A DNA stretch of 26,977 nucleotides from an uncultured archaeon (GTDB taxonomy: Archaea; Asgardarchaeota; Lokiarchaeia; Sigyniarchaeales; SOKP01): assembly GCA_964493715.1 (NCBI GenBank), contig CAZBPC010000043.1:1-26977 (forward strand), read 5' to 3'. The translations under genes and the position numbers were made by a program. Shown in pieces: positions 9,638-18,271 of this stretch. The notes beneath the pieces were generated by a model. It worked only from the letters and a program-made list of their open reading frames with translations, made no database searches and was not told the origin of the DNA. Within the stretch, counting starts at the first letter, position 1; each line of letters starts with the position of its first letter.

Positions 9638-10183
9638 ATGATAAAAGGAAAGCGAATTAAATTTGCACCTCTTACAAGGGATCACATTGATATTTTTTTA
9701 AAATGGTTTAACGATCCTGAAATTACGCAATACTTAATAATGTATAAACCATTAACCAGAGATTTCGAAGAAGAATGGTTTGACGCGCTTAAAAATAAAG
9801 AGGATAGCGTCTATTTCTCAATTCTTTTATTAGATCAGGAAGATCCTGAAAAAATCATAGGAAATTGTGCCATTCAGAATATTAACTCCAAAAATCGAAC
9901 TTGTTCTTGTGGTATTACTATTGGAGAGAAAGAATATCAAAACAAAGGATATGGAACAGAAGCAATGGAATTGTTGATAGAATATGGGTTTAACACATTA
10001 AACATGAATAGGATCGAATTAATTCTTTACGAATTTAATATCCGCGCTTATAAATCATATCAAAAAGTTGGTTTTATAGAAGAAGGAAAAAAACGGCAAG
10101 CAAGGTATCATAATGGTAAATATTACGATGAAATTATAATGGCTATCCTAAGAGAAGACTGGGAAAAAAAAATAAGAGAGTAA
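9638..10183 (+). CDS. GNAT N-acetyltransferase, RimJ/RimL family
   Basis: WFNDPEI, acetyl-CoA motif YQNKGYGTEA, LNMNRIEL...NIRA...YQKVGFIEEG, and GKYYDEIIMAILREDW. Confidence 0.92.
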   Translation: MIKGKRIKFAPLTRDHIDIFLKWFNDPEITQYLIMYKPLTRDFEEEWFDALKNKEDSVYFSILLLDQEDPEKIIGNCAIQNINSKNRTCSCGITIGEKEYQNKGYGTEAMELLIEYGFNTLNMNRIELILYEFNIRAYKSYQKVGFIEEGKKRQARYHNGKYYDEIIMAILREDWEKKIRE

Positions 10184-10279
10184 AGTCATCTTTCGACTTA
10201 TTTCTAAAACAATTGAATTTTTAAAATAGTTAATATTCAATTCACTAGTAATTTTTAATAAAAAAGAAGGTATATATAC

Positions 10280-11602
10280 ATGAGTAAATCAATTGTATCC
10301 ATTGTAAAATATGAAAAAGAAAAGGATTCTGTTCGGAAAGCTGTCGAACTAGCAAATGGGTTCGAAAAGCTAGATCCTAACGCAAAAGTTTTTATAAAGC
10401 CTAATTTAGTATATTGGAATCGGCATTGCGATTTTCCTAAATGGGGCATGCTCACGACTTCAAGCGTAATGGAAGAAATTTTAATATTATTGAAAGAACA
10501 TGGTGTTAGTGACATAACAATTGGGGAAGGAGTAATAACGGAAGATCCTAAAGATAGAGAAACATCTAAAGATGCTTTCGAAAAGCTTGGATATAATATC
10601 TTCAAGGAACGATATGGAGTCAGAGTATACGATATTTTTGATCGCCCTTTCGAAAAAGTGGAATTAGCAGAGGGAGTAACGGCAAAAATGAATGCAGATA
10701 TGCTACATTCAGATTTTTTGATCGATGTTCCTGTTCTCAAAACTCACGCACAGTGTGTTGTTAGTTTAGGATTGAAAAATTTGAAAGGTTTAATATCCAT
10801 TCCATCGCGAAAAAAGTTTCATGGTGACGATCCTAAATATACACTTCATTATAATGTATCAAAGTTAGCAAATAAAGCACCACCTAGTCTTACTATTATT
10901 GATGGGATCTATACTCTTGAACGAGGACCAACTTTTGATGGTAAAGCCAAGAGAAGTAACATTTTAGTTGCATCAACTGACCTTCTTTCAGCAGATTTAG
11001 TTGGTTCGAGTTTATTAGGCATTGATCCTATAACCGTTCCTCATTTAGTTCAAGCAACGAAAGACAGAAATCGCCCAATTGATTTATCAGATATTGAAGT
11101 AAAAGGAGAAACAATAGAAGATCTTGCTGTTCCTCACGAATGGGAATTCATCTATAAAAATAATAATACCTTACCTCTCTCTTATGCTAAAGCTGGCATT
11201 GGGGGAATAAGTTATCGTAGATACGATGAAACAATGTGTACATATTGTAGTTTTTTTAATGGCGTTATTTTAATGGCAATTAAAGAAGCTTGGAAAGGTA
11301 AGGATTTTGATAATATTGAAATTCTTACTGGTAAAATAATGGAACCGACTCCTGGAATGAACAAAACAATTTTACTTGGTCAATGTCAATACAATAGAAA
11401 TAAAGACCATCCAGATATAAATGAACTCATAGCGATTAAAGGATGCCCCCCTGAAGTCGAAAACATCCAAGAAGCACTGAAGAAAGCAGGGATTCACGCT
11501 CCATCTTATATCTTTAAAAATATAAAAATGGCTCCACTACTATTTTTAGGTAAATATAAGGGAAAGCCTGAATTTCAAGAAGAATTTTATCAAGTAAGTT
11601 AA
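10280..11602 (+). CDS. DUF362 domain protein with C-terminal putative Fe-S module
   Basis: DUF362 motifs IKPNLV, IGEG, VPVLKTH, SLGLKNLKG and IIDG...GP; C-terminal CTYC...GQC...GCPP. Confidence 0.8.
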   Translation: MSKSIVSIVKYEKEKDSVRKAVELANGFEKLDPNAKVFIKPNLVYWNRHCDFPKWGMLTTSSVMEEILILLKEHGVSDITIGEGVITEDPKDRETSKDAFEKLGYNIFKERYGVRVYDIFDRPFEKVELAEGVTAKMNADMLHSDFLIDVPVLKTHAQCVVSLGLKNLKGLISIPSRKKFHGDDPKYTLHYNVSKLANKAPPSLTIIDGIYTLERGPTFDGKAKRSNILVASTDLLSADLVGSSLLGIDPITVPHLVQATKDRNRPIDLSDIEVKGETIEDLAVPHEWEFIYKNNNTLPLSYAKAGIGGISYRRYDETMCTYCSFFNGVILMAIKEAWKGKDFDNIEILTGKIMEPTPGMNKTILLGQCQYNRNKDHPDINELIAIKGCPPEVENIQEALKKAGIHAPSYIFKNIKMAPLLFLGKYKGKPEFQEEFYQVS

Positions 11603-11610
11603 TATTTTTA

Positions 11611-11832
11611 CAAATAACAGGGAATATCGATCAAACCGAATGGGATAAAATTGGTAATGGAACGATTTATCTTAAGTTCTTTGCGAATGATACTTATGGA
11701 TTAGAAAATTTTGCAGAAGTTTTTATATACAAAGATATACAAGAACCAATTATTACAATTAATTCACCTCAACAAAATGATGGTTTTTCTTCTAAAGCAC
11801 CTGATTATGATATAAATTTTATCGATTCCTGA
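11611..11832 (+). pseudogene. Start-less remnant of an Ig-like repeat from a large surface protein
   Basis: Manual translation gives QITGNIDQTEWDKIGNGTIYLKFFANDTYGLENFAEVFIYKDIQEPIITINSPQQNDGFSSKAPDYDINFIDS*. No in-frame ATG/GTG/TTG occurs after the upstream TGA at 11569-11571. The pattern resembles, from recall, the Ig-like repeats of Lokiarchaeia extracellular proteins. Confidence 0.65.
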
Positions 11833-11940
11833 TTTTCTATATTTTTTTTAGTCTTTTTAAGCAGAAATAAATTATGGAATAATGATTTCAAATTAGCTGT
11901 TGCTTCAAATAACGCCATTTGGCAAAGCGTTTGGGTAGAC

Positions 11941-11956
11941 AAAAAGCCCGCTTTTT
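11941..11956 (-). terminator. Possible terminator-like inverted repeat after the deacetylase stop
   Basis: aaaaagc-cc-gcttttt inverted repeat abutting the minus-strand stop at 11956. Confidence 0.3.
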
Positions 11957-12726
11957 TATTTAAAGCCTTGGCAGAATGAATTCACATTTATAGGTAGTAC
12001 CTCGTGATTATATCCTCCCTCTAACAAGGCATATCTTCGCCCTTTGCACAGCTTTTCAGAATATTCTTTCATTAATTTTCCAATCGTATTATAATCTTCC
12101 GGAGTCAGTAATCCACCCCAATCATCTATACCTTGATCAAAACCAGCACTTGCAGCAATGATATCAATATTATCTAGTTTTTCCATGTACTTTTCGACTT
12201 CAATTAGGTATTCTTTATTTGTTCTGGCATCAGGATTTTGGATTTCTACTCTAAATCCATCATCTCGATATTTTAATATATTTAAATTACCATCACCGGT
12301 ATGTAGATCAAAATCAAGCACGAAAGCTGATTTAATTTTGCCTTCCGAGAATAATTTTAATAGACTAATACTTATGTTGTTAAAATAACAAAATCCCCAA
12401 CATGAATTTGAAGATGCGTGATGACCAGGTGGTCTGATTACTGCAAATGAGGGTTCTCCTTCAAAAGCTTTTTTAGCTGCTAATATTGCCCCTCCTGCCG
12501 CTAACGATGATAACTCAAAAAGAGAATAATCTCGTTTAATGGAATCATAATGTCTTCTTGAATGAGCTCTTAATATATCTTCTTTAGTAGCAGGTTCAGG
12601 AGTGATGAATTCAAATTCATTATTTTTTGAGAGGATCTCGACGATGCCATCCAATCTTCCTGGTGAAGCAGCAGGATCATTGGCATAACTTGAATTATAA
12701 TATTTATTATGAAAAACAATTTTCAT
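11956..12726 (-). CDS. Histone deacetylase (HDAC/AcuC/APAH) family Zn-dependent deacetylase, compact form
   Basis: RPPGHHA, GFCYFNN, DFDLHTGDG, SAGFD and LEGGY are all present. A GAGG SD overlaps the upstream tdh stop. Confidence 0.93.
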   Translation of the reverse strand: MKIVFHNKYYNSSYANDPAASPGRLDGIVEILSKNNEFEFITPEPATKEDILRAHSRRHYDSIKRDYSLFELSSLAAGGAILAAKKAFEGEPSFAVIRPPGHHASSNSCWGFCYFNNISISLLKLFSEGKIKSAFVLDFDLHTGDGNLNILKYRDDGFRVEIQNPDARTNKEYLIEVEKYMEKLDNIDIIAASAGFDQGIDDWGGLLTPEDYNTIGKLMKEYSEKLCKGRRYALLEGGYNHEVLPINVNSFCQGFK

Positions 12727-12738
12727 TAGAAATACCTC

Positions 12739-13692
12739 TCAATTAGTAAATAATCTCTTACTCAAGACATCAATCATATCTTTAGTCATCTTTGAAAGAT
12801 CAAATTCCGGATTCCAACCCCATTCTGTCCGAGCGAAGGAGTCATCAATTGACATTGGCCAAGAATCTGCGATAGCTTGTCTAAAATCTGGTTTGTAATC
12901 GATCTTAAACTCTGGAACGTGTTTCTTTATTTCCATTGCCAATTCTCCAGCGGAAAAACTCATTCCAGTTACATTATAAACGTGTCTTTTTAATTTTGAA
13001 GGATTTGCTTCTAATAAATCAACCATGCATTTAGAGCAATCAGGCATGTACATCATTGGAAGACGGGTATTTTCCTTGAGAAAACAAGTATATTTCTTAT
13101 GTTTTATTGCTTCATAAAAGATTTCAACCGAGTAATCAGTAGTTCCTCCTCCTGGAAGGGTTTCACTACTAATAATTCCCGGTAATCGCATTGAACGAGT
13201 ATCAAGACCATATTTTTGATAATAATATTCAATGAGGAGTTCTCCAGACACTTTAGATATTCCATACATCGTTGACGGTTGCAAAATAGTTTCATTTGGA
13301 GTATTTTCTCTAGGAGTTGAGGGACCAAAAGCAGCGATAGAACTCGGCCAAATTATTCTATCAATGCTATAAGATCTCCCTACTTCTAAAACATTTAAAA
13401 GACCATTAATATTGATATTCCAAGCTGCTTGGGGCATTTTTTCGCCGGTTGCAGATAAAAGTGATGCCATGTGAAAAATAGTATCAATGTCTCGCTCATA
13501 AATGACTTTAGACAGCGAACTTTTCTCGAGAGCATCTAAATAAATTACCGGTCCTCCTTTAGTTATAATTTCTGGCAAGGGAGTCTTTCTACCAGTTGCA
13601 ATTACGTTTTCAGAACCGTAAATCTCTCTTAATGCAGGAACAAGTTCTGAGCCAATTTGACCAGCGGCTCCAATTATTAAAATTCTTCTCAT
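12739..13692 (-). CDS. tdh: L-threonine 3-dehydrogenase, SDR/GalE-like type
   Basis: GAAGQIG NAD motif, LLSATGE, PSSIAAFG, YGISK catalytic motif, diagnostic PGGGTTDY, RQAIADSWP. Divergently paired with kbl. Confidence 0.88.
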   Translation of the reverse strand: MRRILIIGAAGQIGSELVPALREIYGSENVIATGRKTPLPEIITKGGPVIYLDALEKSSLSKVIYERDIDTIFHMASLLSATGEKMPQAAWNININGLLNVLEVGRSYSIDRIIWPSSIAAFGPSTPRENTPNETILQPSTMYGISKVSGELLIEYYYQKYGLDTRSMRLPGIISSETLPGGGTTDYSVEIFYEAIKHKKYTCFLKENTRLPMMYMPDCSKCMVDLLEANPSKLKRHVYNVTGMSFSAGELAMEIKKHVPEFKIDYKPDFRQAIADSWPMSIDDSFARTEWGWNPEFDLSKMTKDMIDVLSKRLFTN

Positions 13693-13875
13693 TTAGATCA
13701 TTTTTTATAGTAAAAGTTAGTGTAAAATCATAATTTTATCAGTTAAAAAAGGTTTATTACTTGCATTCCCACCATTTTCCCTAATGAATTTGATAAGAAA
13801 AACTAAAATACTTTTCAAAATACCTTAAGATTATATCGAATTAGCGATAATATTTTAAATTTCAAGGTGAATAAT
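13693..13875. promoter_or_regulatory. Divergent promoter region for tdh-deacetylase and kbl
   Basis: AT-rich spacer between head-to-head genes, with TATA-like elements (e.g. ttttata, tttatta) and a GGTGA SD before the kbl ATG. Exact promoter positions are not resolvable. Confidence 0.45.
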
Positions 13876-15063
13876 ATGAAAAAAGATCCGGTAGCATTTC
13901 TAAAAGAAGAAATGACCGAATTAAGGCACAACAATTTAGAATGGATAATAAGACATCTCGAAACAGGTTCCAAACCACATTCAGTTGTAGATGGAAGGGA
14001 TGTATTGATGCTCAACACCAATAACTATCTAGGGTTAGCAACCCATCCAAAGATTGTTCAAGCAAGCATCAATGCTACTAAAAAATACGGTGCAGGAGCC
14101 GGAGCTGTTCCTGTCATTGCGGGAACATTTGACTTGACAAGAGAATTTCAAGAAAAATTCGCTAAATTTAAAGAAGTGGAATCTTCTTTATTATGTCAAA
14201 CTGGTTTTGCGGTTAATTCAGGATTAATTCCAATGCTAGTGGGAAAACAAGATATAGTAGTATCTGATGAATTAAATCATGGATCAATCATCGATGGTGT
14301 AAGATTATCCGGTGCGAAACGAGTTATTTACAAGCATAATGATGTGGGAGATTTAGAAAGGCAATTGAAAGAAGCAGAAAAAGAAGGAGCAAGAAGAATC
14401 TGCATTATTACTGATGGCGTATTCAGCATGGATGGTGATATAGCTCCACTACCAGGAATTGCTAAAGTTGCTGAAGAATTCGGAGCAATGATATTCGTGG
14501 ATGACTGTCATGGGGAGGGTGTACTAGGAGAAGGTCGTGGTATTGTTGCTCATTTCAATTTACAAGGGAAAGTTCACGTTGAAGGAGGATCAATGTCAAA
14601 AGGTTTCGGAGTCTTTGGTGGAACAGTTGCAGGCTCCAAAGATCTTACCGAGTTTTGCGCAAATAAGAGTCGGACATACTTATTAAGTACAGCTCATCCA
14701 CCAGGGGTTGTAGCAGCGAATATTGCTGCCATCGAAGTTGTTGAAAGTGAACCACAACACGTAAAAAACGTCTGGGATAACACGAATTATTTCAAGAAGG
14801 AAGTTCAGAGTTTGGGATATAATACTGGAAACTCTCAAACACCAATCATTCCATTAATTATTGGAGATCCAGGAAAAGCACAAGAACTAGCACGCATTTT
14901 GTTTGAAGAGGAAAATATTTATGGCACACCAATAGTATTCCCAATGGTCGCTCGAGAACTTTCAAGAATTCGAGTTCAAATGAATGCATTGCTCACAAAA
15001 GATGATTTAAACTTGGCTTTAGGAGCCATTGAAAAAGTAGGAAAGAAATTAAACATTATTTAA
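13876..15063 (+). CDS. kbl: 2-amino-3-ketobutyrate CoA ligase (glycine C-acetyltransferase), PLP-dependent
   Basis: NNYLGLATHP, SDELNHGSIIDG, ITDGVFSMDGD, VDDCHG, SMSKGFG (PLP Lys) and RIRVQ, next to tdh. ATG 13876 is preferred because the GTG at 13867 lies within the GGTGA SD. Confidence 0.88.
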   Translation: MKKDPVAFLKEEMTELRHNNLEWIIRHLETGSKPHSVVDGRDVLMLNTNNYLGLATHPKIVQASINATKKYGAGAGAVPVIAGTFDLTREFQEKFAKFKEVESSLLCQTGFAVNSGLIPMLVGKQDIVVSDELNHGSIIDGVRLSGAKRVIYKHNDVGDLERQLKEAEKEGARRICIITDGVFSMDGDIAPLPGIAKVAEEFGAMIFVDDCHGEGVLGEGRGIVAHFNLQGKVHVEGGSMSKGFGVFGGTVAGSKDLTEFCANKSRTYLLSTAHPPGVVAANIAAIEVVESEPQHVKNVWDNTNYFKKEVQSLGYNTGNSQTPIIPLIIGDPGKAQELARILFEEENIYGTPIVFPMVARELSRIRVQMNALLTKDDLNLALGAIEKVGKKLNII

Positions 15064-15112
15064 ACTTTTTTCTCTCATTTTTTAAACTTTTTTATCAAAA
15101 ATTCGATAAAAA

Positions 15113-15150
15113 ATTATTACTGATGATGTATTCAGTATGGATGGTGATAT
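15113..15150 (+). repeat. 38-nt imperfect direct copy of kbl internal segment 14404-14441
   Basis: attattactgatgatgtattcagtatggatggtgatat versus attattactgatggcgtattcagcatggatggtgatat: 35/38 identical, no gaps. Confidence 0.9.
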
Positions 15151-15203
15151 GGATATATGGCCTTTTTATTATAAAATTAAAAAAAATAGAATTATGTAGT
15201 AAT

Positions 15204-16601
15204 TCAGGATTCTTTTTGGACGAAACTTAAGATAAAGATTCCTATTGCCATTACAATACCTACAGAGAGCATTGCCCAACCATACGCTGCTTTACCGATT
15301 ACGTCGTAAGTTAACATGACAGTGCCCCAAATAAATGGACCTAATGCTGACGAGAGTTTTCCCGTCAATTTAGAGAAGCCCAAAAACTCTCCGAACTTTT
15401 CTTTAGGTGCAAGTTCTACTACCATGATTCGTTGTGCTGTCCAAGTTCCGCCTAGAGCTGGGCCCGCTACTACTCCCATTAAAATACTAAATATGAAAGG
15501 GATATTTGCACCAACATCGATTTGCGTTGTTGTAAAAACTAATATAATTCCAATCGTTAATGCTACACCCCATAACACGCCTACAAGGTAAAAAGTTTTC
15601 TTTGCCCCGTGTTTTCCACCAAACTTTCCAACAAAGTAAGTAAAGGCAACTGCTGAAAATGTGGCAATTATTATAAAAAGTATAGCCCAAGTAGTTGTTC
15701 CTCCTCCAATTTTTAATCCATCAGTAACAATGGGAGTCATATATAGAACTATAACATTAGCAATGTCAGCAACAAAGAAATAACCTATAATAAAGATAAA
15801 CATGGATTTATGTTTTCTGATGTCTTTAAATGTACTACGCACCTGCTTAAAAGTATTACCGATTAATGTACCTAAAGGAGGTCTTTTACCTTTTTTCTGC
15901 TTCTCACGAACGTAAAGGAATGGTATTGCACAAACTAAAAATAGAATCATTGGGATAACAAATGTGAGCCAATTACCACTATATCCATATGTTACATCCG
16001 GATCTCCTGGTAATTTCGGTGGATTTGATACCATATCACCCAATAAGCTTATTAAAGGCAACATGATAAAGAGAGAGAGAATCGTACCAAGATAACCCCA
16101 AGCAACACCAAATCCAGCAACCTTCTCGTAATCCTCCCTTTTAGCGATAAATGGAAGCATTGCATCATAAAACATTAAACTAAATTGATAGGCAACATTT
16201 GCTATGATGTAAAACAAGAAGACTGTTGTAAGATCATGAAAAAATCCAAGTAAACTCGAGAAAAGAAGGATTATCCCTGTTAAACTTATAACAAATGGTT
16301 TACGCTTTCCTATATTATCACTTAGTGCTCCTAAAAAAGGTATACAGATAGCTATTCCTATCTGCATAGTAAAAGCCATAAACCCAAAAAGAAAGCTTAC
16401 TTCACCATAAGACATTCCATTTTCTAGTTGACCAATAACCAGCACGTAACGATTAATGATTAGACTGACAATTATCATCGAATAAATCGTATTAGCCAGG
16501 TCGTACATGGCCCAAAAAAATACATTGCGCTTAGACGTTGTAGTTTCAAATTCTACTTCTTCGTTATTTGTATCTAATTTTTCTAACGACATTTTAATCA
16601 T
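15204..16601 (-). CDS. MFS transporter, UMF1/Atg22-like family
   Basis: N-terminal WAMYDLANTIYS, LGALSDNIGKRK MFS loop, FYDAMLP, GWGYLG-like segment, EFLGFSKLTGKLSSALGP, about 12 TM. The start could be ATG 16592. Confidence 0.85.
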   Translation of the reverse strand: MIKMSLEKLDTNNEEVEFETTTSKRNVFFWAMYDLANTIYSMIIVSLIINRYVLVIGQLENGMSYGEVSFLFGFMAFTMQIGIAICIPFLGALSDNIGKRKPFVISLTGIILLFSSLLGFFHDLTTVFLFYIIANVAYQFSLMFYDAMLPFIAKREDYEKVAGFGVAWGYLGTILSLFIMLPLISLLGDMVSNPPKLPGDPDVTYGYSGNWLTFVIPMILFLVCAIPFLYVREKQKKGKRPPLGTLIGNTFKQVRSTFKDIRKHKSMFIFIIGYFFVADIANVIVLYMTPIVTDGLKIGGGTTTWAILFIIIATFSAVAFTYFVGKFGGKHGAKKTFYLVGVLWGVALTIGIILVFTTTQIDVGANIPFIFSILMGVVAGPALGGTWTAQRIMVVELAPKEKFGEFLGFSKLTGKLSSALGPFIWGTVMLTYDVIGKAAYGWAMLSVGIVMAIGIFILSFVQKES

Positions 16602-16724
16602 TTTTACATAGAAAATTTTAATTAATGGATTTTATTATCCATTTTCTTATAAATCTTGTGTCAAATGAATTAGAATTCTTCAAAACCTTCAAAATTAAAA
16701 AAAAGAAATTAAGACTCAGATTTT

Positions 16725-17309
16725 TTAAAGAGGTTTAGCTAATATTGCTTTAATTCTCAGTTTATCGAATATGCTCGTGGGCATGGGTTTTATCAAACAC
16801 ACCGTATCAGCACCGCGTCCTGTTCCAGCAATGCAAATTACATCATTAAGTATGTCTGATATCAAACCAGCATCTGCAGCCATGGATGCAATTTCCATGC
16901 ATACTTTTACTCCTTGGCTAAAGTTTTCCCTGAGGAATTTAGCCATTATCTCCACGGGCATCCATTGTTTTAGTGAAATTCGAAAGCTTCGAGATACTGC
17001 AGCTAAGGCATGAGTGGTTGTGAATATCTTTAATCCTTTAGCAGTTAGTTCTTCTCTAAGATCCTCTGGAAATTCTTGTTTTTTATCTAATCCAGCGAAG
17101 TAACAAGAATGCGTAATAATGATCGTATTGTATTTACTTGGAGGAAAAACTTTAAGAGCTTTTTCTGCGGTCATTCCAGTCGTACTTGCTATAATAATGT
17201 CTTTTATAGAAAATTTATCGACATATTTTTTAGCTATCTCTAATGCTTTATCTGTATTATGTGGACCCCCTTTTTCAAAATAAGTTACATCTAAATTCAA
17301 ATCAGTCAC
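16725..17309 (-). CDS. Pyruvate kinase C-terminal-like alpha/beta domain protein (DUF1867/COG1751)
   Basis: YFEKGGPHNT, IASTTG, THAL, QGVKVCMEIASMAADAG and GTGRGADT; GTG start with GGTGG SD. Confidence 0.85.
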   Translation of the reverse strand: MTDLNLDVTYFEKGGPHNTDKALEIAKKYVDKFSIKDIIIASTTGMTAEKALKVFPPSKYNTIIITHSCYFAGLDKKQEFPEDLREELTAKGLKIFTTTHALAAVSRSFRISLKQWMPVEIMAKFLRENFSQGVKVCMEIASMAADAGLISDILNDVICIAGTGRGADTVCLIKPMPTSIFDKLRIKAILAKPL

Positions 17310-17407
17310 GTTAAGTAACCACCTAAAATCATGATTTGTTCAAATTTAATTTATTTTTCATTAGTAATAAAATACTTGTTAAAAAACAGTAAGACCGCGG
17401 TTTTTAT

Positions 17408-17962
17408 TTATTTTAACAAATCGACATATCGATTTGCAAAACCTCTGATTTGATCCCAATCTCGGTAATCATAGAGTTTTCCATCAGGATCCTCGATTCC
17501 TTCTTCCTCCTTCATAATGCCAATTACAATTTTTCTCATCATTCCTGATACCATAGATCCTTCCCTTAAATCATATGCTCCTCCAAAAGCATCGATTAAT
17601 GCAAATTGAATTCCAATTTTCTCCAATTTAGCATTTATATACTTATCTATGGCTTTATTAATATCATTTTTCGCTTCTCCACAGCAAACAAAGAAACCTA
17701 ATGTGGCTTGCTTTTTCTTTAGTTCAGATTTTCTCTTTTGAACAAAACTTTTTATTGACTTCGTCCACATACCCATTTTAATTCCTGTACCTATTATTAT
17801 ACCATCATAATGCTCCAAAGGTGGAATATTTTTAGGATTAACTTCTTTCAAGTTAAAACTTTCAGCGATCATTCCATTATCTATGATAACTTTTTGAATT
17901 TCATCTGAAATTTCTTTTGTAGTACCATATCTCGTCCCGTATAAGATTAAAACTTTACTCAT
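17408..17962 (-). CDS. Flavodoxin domain protein, HemG-like (Flavodoxin_5)
   Basis: LILYGTRYGTTKEI FMN loop, YDGIIIG, FFVC, AFGG and C-terminal DYRDWDQI. The start is placed at ATG 17962 after GAGG (ORF track gives TTG 17977). Confidence 0.85.
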   Translation of the reverse strand: MSKVLILYGTRYGTTKEISDEIQKVIIDNGMIAESFNLKEVNPKNIPPLEHYDGIIIGTGIKMGMWTKSIKSFVQKRKSELKKKQATLGFFVCCGEAKNDINKAIDKYINAKLEKIGIQFALIDAFGGAYDLREGSMVSGMMRKIVIGIMKEEEGIEDPDGKLYDYRDWDQIRGFANRYVDLLK

Positions 17963-18271
17963 CAAATAACCTCTCAATAATTTAGGTTTTAAAGTATGAG
18001 ATCGATAATAATTTTAAATATTTAAATAAAATTAAGCCCATTAATCCTCTTATTAAAGCGAGATAAAAATCATAAGCCTAATTCATATTTTTGGAGCAAT
18101 GGATCATAATTAATAACCGATCAACTTTTTTTATTAAGCTTACATGGTTATTCAATTGATTTGTTAGTGTATAATTAGATTGAACTATTGAAATCGTATG
18201 ATTTTAAAAAGATCAAAATCTATTACCTTTATCAATATATTTATTGAATTTAAAAAAAAAGGATATCAAAA

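Noticed and set aside
11830-11832. In-frame TGA as a selenocysteine codon
   Set aside because: There is no start codon, no redox motif context, and no SECIS-like hairpin that I could recognise.
14404-15150. kbl repeat pair as a DGR template/variable repeat or a CRISPR repeat/spacer
   Set aside because: Only 38 nt and two copies; the mismatches are not adenine-specific on one strand; no reverse transcriptase, cas gene or array is present.
17408-17962. Assigning hemG to the flavodoxin
   Set aside because: The fold family matches, but there is no heme-pathway context and such paralogs are common in archaea.
18013-18026. Perfect palindrome tttaaatatttaaa
   Set aside because: It contains only A and T, and is expected by chance at this base composition.
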